Part shown: piece by piece, positions 54,136 through 63,407 of the stretch
How positions within the stretch are numbered: the stretch's first letter is position 1
Layout: each line of letters begins with the position of its first letter
Assembly (NCBI GenBank): GCA_013239625.1
Contig: MU055263.1
Span: forward strand, 5,799,914 to 5,863,885
Source of the DNA: Lama guanicoe
Taxonomy: Eukaryota
Length of the DNA: 63,972 nucleotides
Direction of reading: 5' to 3'
Position numbers and translations under genes: made by a program
The notes under the pieces: model-generated
Seen by the model: the letters and a program-made list of their open reading frames with translations, nothing else
The model's database searches: none
What the model was told of the DNA's origin: nothing

Positions 54136-54977
54136 TGTTAGCATTTTTTTCACACTAAGCAATTCTGACACTAACTGCCAAGAGTTAGTTCATCCCTACA
54201 GGTTAACGGCTCAGTCCCACAAGATGTCGCCTCAGCTCAGATGCAATTACAAATCCAGGCTGCCACCTGTGCTTCTGACTAACTGGCTACACACTGGAGT
54301 TTCCCGCCGTCTCTTCTCCAGGTTCAGTGATTTGCTAGGATGGCTTAAGACTCAGTAAGGATAGTTTACTTACTGGATTACTGGTTTATTTTAAGAAAGG
54401 ATACAACCTATAAACAGCAAAATAGAAGAGATGCAGAGGGAAAGATATCGAGAAAGGGGTGTGGAGCTTCCATGACCCCTTTGGATGTGCCACCCTCTAA
54501 CCACCTCCACATGTTCATCAAGCCAGAAGCTCTCTACCCCTTCAGTTTGTTTTTGTTTTTGATGGAGGATTTATTAGATAGGTACGGTTGAATAAACTAT
54601 TGGTCATTGGTGATTAACTCAACTTTCAGCTCTTCTCTGCTCCCCAGAGATTGGGGCATCAGGCTAAATGTTCCAACTGTCTAATAACATTGGTTCCCCT
54701 GGCAACCAGCTCCATTCTGTAGTGATCCAGGGGCTTTACAGAATCACCTCATTAACACAAACTCAGGTGTGGCTGAAAGGTGCTTGTTATGAATAACAAA
54801 AGACTCTCCTCTCATCTTTATCACTCTGGAACTATTTTAGGAATTGAGGACAAAAGACTAAGGGTTATAAGCAAGATAATTTCATCTCTCTCATCACATA
54901 GGGTTTTAAGAGCTATGTACCAGGGATAGGGACAACAATCAAATATGTATTTCTTATTATAAATCTCAACATACCCA
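54136..54977. mobile_element. MER21-like LTR
   Basis: TG...CA termini; caattctgacactaac...ggctcagtcccacaaga...tatttcttattataaatc recalled as MER21-like. Confidence 0.65.
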
Positions 54978-56127
54978 TAATGTCTTGCCATAGGTGTCTG
55001 CAGGTCATTCTCCCTGCAGGTTTCCCAAGCAATGCCCACCGCTTCTCCCTGCCTAAGATCCAAATAGGGGAAAAAGATAACAGTCCTTCAGGCAGCCCAT
55101 GAGATGTTAGAACATTGTAAATGCAGTCTGCTCTGCTTTGTTTAGTTTGAAGAAGGGAGTTGGAAACTGAAATGATGCCTTAGATAGTCTATTTTATATC
55201 TTCACTGCTAATCTCTTGCTCTAGGCATCTGTGGAGCTGTCTCTCCACATTTTTCTTGAACAATACCCACTGCTTCTTTCCACCTGATGTCCAAGTTATG
55301 CCACCACCTACCCCTCTGCCACCCCTCCCTGAGATTTATGCGAGGTGAAACAGAGACCTTAAGAGGCAATCCTGACAGATTAGAACATTATAAAATTCCC
55401 TCCCTCTGGATCAAGGGAGGGAATGGGAAATGAGTTGCCACTTCCTCCGACGAAGACCTTACCACAATAGGGACCAAGGGCAACAGAAACACCGCAGAAT
55501 TTCCTACCATTTCAAATGAGGCTGTTTCTTGATTGGGTACGTGGCTGGCTGCTTTGGACCTTTGACTGTTTTACAGAACTACTGGAAGGTTATTCTGGCC
55601 AGTATTTTGGTTGTTTTTGATGTCTAGTTGGAGAAACAAGAGCTTAGAGCTTGCTAGCCTTCATTTTGCTCAAGTATATAGATTTTTCAAGCCTTGCTCA
55701 ATCACTTACTCACTCAGCCTTTGTGAGAACCATTTACCTCATTTGTAAAGTAGTTATATTAATTTCTAACTTTCAGCCTCTTGTGAGTATCAGTTTAGCT
55801 GGGTATGTAAGTTACTATTAAAGGGCTTGGTATATTGTAGGCCTTCAGAGCATCGTAACAATAACTTTAATTATATTATTATTTTGAAGTAACGCTTTGG
55901 AGAGTGATATTATATTATTTCACTACCAACATCATGAGAGACTTGAGGGAATGATGGGGGAAAACCTCTGCAGTATGCTAATTCTAGGTTACATTTTGTC
56001 TCATGGAAAGCGCAGAAGTCTTACTTACCCTATGCTAAGTCGATGGATGCTTTGTATAAGTCTGAGTTAGAGAACAACTTTGTAATCTGATTTCCACTAG
56101 GAAGCTCTTCTAGGTTGGCTGGTTGCC

Positions 56128-56317
56128 ATGGCATCTGGACCCAACATGATGGACCCCATTTGTCTGCTGGAAAATGATGATGAGCTGCTGTCAGTGAACA
56201 AAGAAGCTCTGCAGATTCTTGGTGAGATTTCTCAGCCAGTGGTGGTGGTGGCCATCGTAGGACTGTATCGTACGGGCAAATCCTACTTGATGAACCGTCT
56301 TGCAGGTCAGAACCGTG
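56128..56317 (+). CDS. GBP6: GBP6-like coding exon 1 (gene exon 2): [16 protein letters not shown]...[26 protein letters not shown]
   Basis: Acceptor ttctag| at 56113, Kozak gccATGG, P-loop GxxRxGKS, donor G|GTAAGT at 56318; 190 coding nt. Confidence 0.95.
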
Positions 56318-57115
56318 GTAAGTATTGTACTGGGTCAAGGGCCAATTGCTTGATTCTAGCTAATATCTCAGCTTCTTAATTTTCGTCCCTGGTCATGTGT
56401 AGGGAGGACCAAACTTCTCTTAATAAACCAACTTTCCACTTCTATTTCTCACTGCGAAATCACTATCTTAGTGTAATTTGTTATCATATTCTTTGTTTTA
56501 TTCCTGTAAAGCAAAATTTCTTCTGCTGATGCACACAATCCTACCTTATTTTACTTGCTTAAGCACTGGGCTCTTGCAATCATGTCTACTCTCTCTTGAA
56601 ATACATTTTGCTTTTTTATGGCATATTCTCATCAGCATATGAAGATGTTTGAATATCTACAGTCTTAAAAATCTTTCCTGGATGTCATATCCTACTGTGG
56701 CTAACACCTCTCCCCACTTTTAAAAAATAATTTTGTTTGGCAAAGAATATAATCTTGATTTCTTTTTTCCACTTTTTTCTCTTCCCATGTTTCTCTTCAG
56801 TCCACTTCTCTCTGGCTTTGAACCCGACCATTCTTTCAAAATACTCTTGTTATGGCTACCAGTGACCTCCATTTTGTTGGATTCATGGATTCCCCTTTGC
56901 CCCCGTGTGGAGCCCTTGCTTGGTATCCTTCTCACAGTTAATATTCCCTCCTCCTTGGAACAGATGACACACAAAGTAGGACATTCTTGAGGAAATGGAG
57001 AAGCACCATGCCGTATGCTGGGGTACTGACATTCCAACAGATCTGACTTTGTGGCCCCTTGGCTGCTTAGATTATCTGCTCTCACTGAGTGCTGCTTTCT
57101 CCCCTCTCCTCGCAG

Positions 57116-57246
57116 GCTTTCCTCTAGGCTCTACAGTGCAGTCTGAAACCAAGGGCATCTGGATGTGGTGTGTGCCTCACCCCTGCAAGCCAAATCATAC
57201 CCTGGTCCTTCTTCTGGATACTTAGAGCCTGGGGATTGTGTGAATG
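57116..57246 (+). CDS. GBP6: GBP6-like coding exon 2: [42 protein letters not shown]
   Basis: Acceptor cgcag| at 57115, donor GTAAAG at 57247; switch-I Thr region intact; extra Leu codon and two stops where DTEGLGDVEK is expected. Confidence 0.9.
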
Positions 57247-57260
57247 GTAAAGCAGAAAGT

Positions 57261-57438
57261 NNNNNNNNNNNNNNNNNNNNNNNNNNNNNNNNNNNNNNNN
57301 NNNNNNNNNNNNNNNNNNNNNNNNNNNNNNNNNNNNNNNNNNNNNNNNNNNNNNNNNNNNNNNNNNNNNNNNNNNNNNNNNNNNNNNNNNNNNNNNNNNN
57401 NNNNNNNNNNNNNNNNNNNNNNNNNNNNNNNNNNNNNN
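57261..57438. other. Assembly gap (178 N)
   Basis: N run. Confidence 1.
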
Positions 57439-58845
57439 TCCCCAATTTCTGTGAATTCCATGGGAGCTCCGTGACTGGAATGGCCTTTTTGAGCTATCCT
57501 GAGTTGGGACAGGGCACTGATACATTTTTGAAGAGCTGCTCTGGAAGCCTTTCTAATTAAGAGGGCTGACACCTGAAGACTGTCTTCCACCAGCACTCCC
57601 GACAGCTGGGGGAATAAGTCCGTCAGTCTTGAAAGGTGATCCAGGCAGCACCCGACTAGTTTTGAGCACTTACAGTTAAGCCTAAGGGTGCCTTGGTAAG
57701 AAAGAGGAGAAACATCAACCTGGGAGTGAGGAAAGATTTCTGATTCACCTTCTTAGCTGCCAGGTGAAGAGTGTATTTGAGGGTTGGATTTAAGAGACGG
57801 GTTTACATTTCCCATGATGAAGTTCATCAACTACTCACAGAGGGTTCTGGAAATCTGTGAGACACCTCTGAATGTGCAAGTTCTATGAAAGTAAGTACTT
57901 GTCCTACAGGAAATGGTTTAAGATGGATTTTTGGTGTTCTGGCTTTCTACTAATGGGTGAAATGAACCATCCCTCCTCCCCCCCTCACTTTGAGACTTGT
58001 TTGGAAATAGTGCCTACGTTTTTATAGCTCTCTCTTTTCTCAAAGGGGAAGTAGAAAGTCTGTGTTTATTTTTAAAGCCATATATCAAACAATGATATAA
58101 TCTTGTTGTTGAAATAATTTATCACTTGTCATAAATGCTACTTCTTACCGTAATTTATTATTTTTTAAAATTGGGTTTTTTGGGGAAGAAAGTAATGAAT
58201 AGACTATTATCCCCCCAAACTCCCACTTAGAATCTTCGCAACATAAATCACAGTTTTTGCATTTGCACTGGGAGCAACTTTACATGCCATTCATAATAAC
58301 AATTTCTGGTTTATGCCATTACTTAGCCAATGCTGCGGCTGACACAAATTAGCCTGGGCTTTAAGGCCCTTGATTAGGGTGCATGAAAGCTCCCCTTACC
58401 TCCTCCACTTACCCGCTGCTCCAGTCAAGTCAAATGACTCTGTTTTAACCGCAAGACCCCTGTAAGCTCCCATCTCCAGTTTTGTTTCTCTGGGTGTTCC
58501 TGTCTATGGGATCACCTTCATTTCTTCAGTTCCACATTTACCAGTTCTTTAACGTTCAGCTCCAGACCTTGAGGAAGGTTTCAGACCATATATACTTCCT
58601 CCAACTTTCATAGCTCTGTTCTTCCTTGATAGACTTCTAAATCTGAGTTTAGTGCTTCAGCTATAGGTTCCAGGCTTATGCACATTATTGAGAGTAAGCT
58701 TTCTACAGACGCTGTTTTCTTTGTTGCACTTACGGTTATGGATGTTTGTCCACTGCTTTGAAATAGTCATCTTGAAAGGAATAATTTTTATTTTTAGCAT
58801 TGCTTTTTAAAATCTAAGAACAGTGGGGATCTTTAGTAGCTTCCT

Positions 58846-59049
58846 NNNNNNNNNNNNNNNNNNNNNNNNNNNNNNNNNNNNNNNNNNNNNNNNNNNNNNN
58901 NNNNNNNNNNNNNNNNNNNNNNNNNNNNNNNNNNNNNNNNNNNNNNNNNNNNNNNNNNNNNNNNNNNNNNNNNNNNNNNNNNNNNNNNNNNNNNNNNNNN
59001 NNNNNNNNNNNNNNNNNNNNNNNNNNNNNNNNNNNNNNNNNNNNNNNNN
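58846..59049. other. Assembly gap (204 N) abutting extremely GC-rich sequence
   Basis: N run. Confidence 1.
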
Positions 59050-59379
59050 GGGCCTGCGAGGGGAGCGGCGCGCGCCGCCGAGGCGCCTGCCCGAGGCCCA
59101 GAGGGAGGCGCCGCCCGCGGAGAAGCGCGAGGTGGGGAAGACGCGCCTGCGCGATGTGGCCGTTTCCCCGGAGCCGGTGGGCCGCGCGGTGCGGTGGGCG
59201 TGTGCAGCCGGGTGGAGGGCAGGCCCGAGGTGATCGGCCACTACCCAGGCGAGCTCTCAGTCGCGGCAGGCCCGTGAAGCACGCCGGCCTGGCGTCGGGG
59301 CCACGCACTCCTCCCGCTTCACCCCCTCCGGTAGCCTGCGGGTCAATAAAGGCACCAACTTCTCTAAAAAAATTAAAAA
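59050..59379 (+). pseudogene. RPS15: Processed pseudogene of 40S ribosomal protein S15 (uS19), codons ~48-145, 3'UTR and poly(A); 5' part lost in the gap
   Basis: Frameshifted translation GLRGERRAPPRRLPEAQREAPPAEKREVGKTRLRDVAVSPEPVGRAV / VEGRPEVIGHYPGELSV / PVKH / [12 protein letters not shown] aligns to RPS15 [47 protein letters not shown]...VEIKPEMIGHYLGEFSI...[21 protein letters not shown]. Intronless; stop TAG 59332-59334, AATAAA 59345-59350, A-rich tail 59366-59379. Confidence 0.93.
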
Positions 59380-59536
59380 GTGCCCACACTCATCACTGAG
59401 TACCTAGTTACACAACAGGTACTGTACCAGTTTTTCTATATATGTTATTTTGCTTTATCCACTTGAGGAAAAAGAAAGCACCGTGAAGATTGAAATCCTT
59501 TTATATATGAAAAAATTGCAAACAGGAGAAATGTCT

Positions 59537-60115
59537 CAGCCGCCCATCTCTCTCCCTCCTTGGAGACGGCCCACATTCTGTCTATGGAGTGTGTACCTGT
59601 GAAGGAAAAGCCCAGCTGGGCTAACGAGCTAAGTCACAAATCTAAGTGTGATAAGTGTCAGTTTACTGATATAAGTTCTGCCGGGCTAACTCGTAAATCT
59701 GAAGTTTAGTGTCAGTTTACTGGGCTAACAAGCTAACTCGTAAATCCAAGCTCAACAAGTGTCAGTAACGTGATCTGTTCCGAATTGATAAGCTTCAGTG
59801 TACTGATTCCTTGTTTTTTTGTTGTTTGAGCCTTATTGGCTAATAGCCCATACTTGTAATTAACCCTATAAAACCTCATGTGCACGTCTTGGAGGTGATC
59901 AGAGCTTCAGAGCAGAAGCCCCTCTGAGCCCGTCGGCGTAATAAATCTAAGTACTCCAACCCTCCGAGTGGTGCTTGTTTCTTGGCTGGCCTGTCATTTC
60001 CGTAACATACCTACTTTTAATCTGAGCACCCAACCCCTACACCTCATAGCCTTTCTCTTGCCTTTCAATGTATCTCCCTGAATAAATCTACCTTTACTCA
60101 AAAATAAAAAAAAAA
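59537..60115 (+). mobile_element. Older LTR-like fragment ending in AATAAA plus poly(A), split by a younger solo LTR
   Basis: ctatggagtgtgtacc | tacttttaat...ctccctgAATAAAtctacctttactc followed by an A-tail at 60100-60115; MIR-like flanks. Confidence 0.55.
59598..60007 (+). mobile_element. ERV1-type solo LTR, 410 bp, with 4-bp TSD
   Basis: TG...CA termini flanked by TACC (59594-59597 and 60008-60011); U3 direct repeats (agtgtcagtttactg, gctaactcgtaaatc), reverse CCAAT 59835-59839, TATAAAA 59867-59873, AATAAA 59940-59945. Confidence 0.88.
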
Positions 60116-60290
60116 GCCTCTGTAATTGTCAAAGCTGATATCTGCATTTACATCTGTCTTCAAGCGGTTTCTTTGCATGGTGAGTATGTTGGCTGGAATA
60201 ATAAATGAAACCATGATTGCTTAATTGTAATGAATGAATTTCTAATTTAGGAGTAAACTCCTAACTCTCTTGTTCTAATGTGCTTTCTAG

Positions 60291-60400
60291 GGTGACCCTA
60301 AGAATGACTCATGGATCTTTGCCCTGGCCGTGCTTCTGTGCAGCAGCTTTGTCTACAACAACATGAACACCATCAACCATCAGGCTCTGGAGCAGCTGCA
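60291..60400 (+). CDS. GBP6: GBP6-like coding exon 3: GDPKNDSWIFALAVLLCSSFVYNNMNTINHQALEQL(H)
   Basis: Acceptor tttctag| at 60290; 110 nt; followed by a U12 donor. Confidence 0.95.
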
Positions 60401-60590
60401 GTATCCTTTCCTTCCAGGACCTGAACTGCCATGTTTCACTGCAATCATAGGAATGGAGACAGAGTCAGTCTCTCCTCCCCTGCCGTTTAGTTTCCCTGGG
60501 TGGAGCGAAAGAGGGTGTTTATAATACTTTTATATTAGTGAAGTGTGGGAATTGTTGGTAGTGAGTTTCTTTTCCTTAACCAAGTCCTAG
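60401..60590 (+). other. U12-type (minor spliceosome) GT-AG intron, 190 nt
   Basis: 5' site GTATCCTTT (60401-60409), branch site TTTCCTTAAC (60571-60580) 10 nt before the intron end (AG at 60589-60590), and no polypyrimidine tract. Confidence 0.93.
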
Positions 60591-60787
60591 TTATGTGACA
60601 GAGCTCACAGAACTCATCAGGGCGAAGTCCTCCCAAACACCTGATGGAGTAGAAGATTCCACAGAATTTGTGAGTTTCTTTCCAGACTTTATCTGGACTG
60701 TACGGGATTTCACCCTGGAGCTGAAGGTAGATGGTCAGCCTATCACAGAAGATGAGTACTTGGAGAATGCCCTGAAGCTGATTCCAG
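60591..60787 (+). CDS. GBP6: GBP6-like coding exon 4: [14 protein letters not shown]...[17 protein letters not shown]...[11 protein letters not shown]
   Basis: 197 nt, open frame, G4 motif TVRD (GBP4/6/7 type), donor at 60788. Confidence 0.95.
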
Positions 60788-62134
60788 GTATCAGAGCATG
60801 GCCTGGGCAGTGGACGGTCCAGTAGAGGGTGGGATCTGCTAAACACTGTTCCTCATCTCCGTGATTACATTTGCATTTGAGACTAAATCAAAGTCTGTGG
60901 AAATGGTGGCTGGAAAGTGGGTTGCAAAGATCTAGGGGCTACAGTTGAATTTTACTTAAGAAAAGTAAAGTGTAAAGAGAAATTACTCAAAACCAGTTTG
61001 TTTTTTTAATACATCTTTAAATTTAGCATCCAGATTTAAATGGGTGCTGAAGTATTCTCAAGACCAGACAGTGTGTTCCCCATTTTGGCTTTTGCTTTTC
61101 TCTGTTGGAGATAACAACTGACCAGCTAATTGTTAGACGTGAAGCTGCAGTGAAAAGTCTATCTGGTGAAAAAAATACATATTTCACATGTTATTCATCT
61201 CAAAGAGAGATACATGACTTTCTAATCCTGTATAATTATATCATCTAAAAAATGATTTTTTGTTCTAAATAAACCTGAAGAAGTGTCTGTCTTTTCAATC
61301 TATGCGTTTTCAATATTGCTGACAATTATTAGAACATTCGTTTTACCTTCCACATCATGGCTTTCTCCTAATTCCCACATATTTACCCATGATTTAATTA
61401 CAAGGTAATAAATTATTTTCACAGGTTACATTTACAAGGATGTGTGTCTATTGAAACCCTGAGAGAAATATCAGTTCTGATTTACTCATTCTCACTTTCA
61501 TGTTTCTGTTCATGCTTTCTCAAAGCATTTATTGAGAAATTGGCTGGCAGGAGAGGACCACTGTCAAATCAGATATAACCCTTTACTTCAAAGAGTTTAT
61601 AGATTAGTGGTGATATCTGAAAATTACACTGCAGGTACATTTACCCTTCAGAGGTCTTTGCTAAAAAATAGATAATACTACATCAATTATTTTTAGCATC
61701 AAAACAGTTTTCCTTAAATAATGAGGGTGTCATTCCTAATATTCCAATTACCGTCAATGATCCCTTGTTTGTAGCTCCTCTTTTTGGTTCCACAGCTCAA
61801 TTCCTACATGAGGTCGAGTTGAGCAGAAAGTTTCATTTGACCTTTCATCCTTTTAGCTGCTAGTTAAGCGGACACCTGATAGACAACCATGGTACTGTGT
61901 GCAGGTCTGGAGAGAACAGCCATAGGTCTCCTTTACTGGATCAGATGTCTCCCTAAATTCCTCTGCAGTTATATCATTGGTATAAGTTTGATGTGCAAAG
62001 AAGTATTGAATGTCTATGTTAAAGGGGTTCTATGCATAGACGATGGCAAAGACACACAAATCCCCACCGGGAGCACCTGTAGCCCCCTCGCCTCAGGACT
62101 CTCCACGCTCTAATCCTGTGTTTCTGTCCCTCAG

Positions 62135-62380
62135 GGAAGAATCCCAAAGCCCAAGCATCCAATCTGCCCAGAGAGCGCATCAGGCAATTCTTTCCAAGAC
62201 GGAAGTGCTTTGTCTTTGACTGGCCAACAAACAACAAAGAACTTCTAGCCAATATTGAGAAGGTACCTGAAGACCAACTGGATCCTAAATTCCAAGAGCA
62301 AACAAACAATTTCTGTTCTTACATCTATGCCAATGCAAGGACCAAGACCCTCACAGAAGGAATCATGGTCACTGGGAAAC
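62135..62380 (+). CDS. GBP6: GBP6-like coding exon 5: GKNPKAQASNLPRERIRQFFPRRKCFVFDWPTNNKELL...KTLTEGIMVTGK
   Basis: Acceptor ccctcag| at 62134, donor GTGAGT at 62381, 246 nt open frame. Its reading frame is absent from the supplied ORF track. Confidence 0.95.
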
Positions 62381-63126
62381 GTGAGTCTCTTTATTCCATT
62401 TGCATGGGGACTGATACGTGTTGAATGCTGTATATAATGGGATTTTCAGTTAATTTTTGTTTGATTCTGTAAGGAATTCTGGGTTTGCAGACATTTATAC
62501 TCCATGAAGGAATCTGTATACTTTATAATTATCTTGCTTTGAGGGCTTTATAAACCCCTCCCCCAAATTGCAAGTTTTGTCACTGATGTCTGTGGCTTCC
62601 ACTTGTCTGAAAACTTCTTCCATTTAGAATAAAATCACTATCTTGGTATAAAAACAGAATATTCCATGTCCTCAAAGGAAATCTTATACAATGAGTGTTC
62701 TTCACAAGGAGAATTCAAAAGATATTTTGAGAGTTTAGAGTGGTCCAAAAATAAATATTAGCCCATAAAAATCACATAAAATCCATTCAAATCCTCAGAA
62801 TGAGGAATAAATTTAATGTGGTACACCCTGCCTCATCTTTCTATCTATGTAATCTATTGTGCTTTCAATTTTTAAAATGGGAAACTGTATTTTCCAGATA
62901 CCCCTTAGTATGCTAGATAGAAATACATATATAACATTTTAGTGCTGTGGCCTGGAAAACCATAAAACTGAAAGTAGGAAAATGAAGGTGATAATAGTAG
63001 AAGGAGGTAGGGGTGCCTGTGTGTGTGTGTGCATGTGTATATGACCCTAGAAGCGTAGTCTCAGAATCCTGGATCCTGTTGACTGACAACTTGATATTAA
63101 GCCCCTAAATTTCCTGGCTTCTTCAG

Positions 63127-63407
63127 GGCTGAGGACTCTGGTTGTGACCTACGTGGATACCATCAATAGCGGAGCAGTACCTTGTTTGGAGAACGCAGTG
63201 ACAACTCTGGCCCAGCTGGAGAACTCAGCTGCCGTGCAGAAGGCAGCTGACCACTACAGCAAGCAGATGGCCCAGCGAGTGAGCTTCCCCACAGACACAC
63301 TGCAGGAGCTGCTGGAGGCGCACGCCGCCTGCGAGAGGGAAGCCACTGCAGTCTTCATGGAGCACTCCTTCAAGGATGACAAGCAGGAGTTCCAGAAGAA
63401 TCTTGTG
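63127..63407 (+). CDS. GBP6: GBP6-like coding exon 6: RLRTLVVTYVDTINSGAVPCLENAVTTLAQLENSAAVQKAADHY...FKDDKQEFQKNLV
   Basis: Acceptor cttcag| at 63126, donor GTAATC at 63408, 281 nt; start of the helical domain. Later exons are outside the window. Confidence 0.95.

Larger units (their letters stand above)
51840..55680 (-). mobile_element. Fragmented antisense L1 host with nested SINE and LTR insertions
   Basis: L1 ORF2/ORF1 antisense strings (ttttgtggcctaaaatatgatctatcc, gctttcaagattctctctttgtctttt, ttttcagccattattt). Confidence 0.7.
56114..63407 (+). pseudogene. GBP6: Guanylate-binding protein 6-like gene (GBP4/6/7 class), first six coding exons; apparently disabled by two in-frame stops in its second coding exon (a sequence-error explanation is not excluded)
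   Basis: join(56128-56317,57116-57246,60291-60400,60591-60787,62135-62380,63127-63407). Splice phases are consistent and all introns are GT-AG. The translation closely follows GBP6 (P-loop [12 protein letters not shown] motif). TAG at 57223-57225 and TGA at 57241-57243. Gene identity is confident at family level; pseudogene status is uncertain. Confidence 0.55.

Noticed and set aside
59050-59334. ADAR A-to-I hyper-editing before retrotransposition as the cause of the RPS15 changes
   Set aside because: Editing gives only A->G on the sense strand. About 16 of the 40 changes are T->C, A->C or T->G, and the A->G excess is expected from the Lys/Met/Ile-rich sequence.
58807-59399. Long Arg/Pro/Ala-rich ORFs in the ORF track
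   Set aside because: Artefacts of translating through Ns and of stop-codon depletion in the GC-shifted RPS15 pseudogene.
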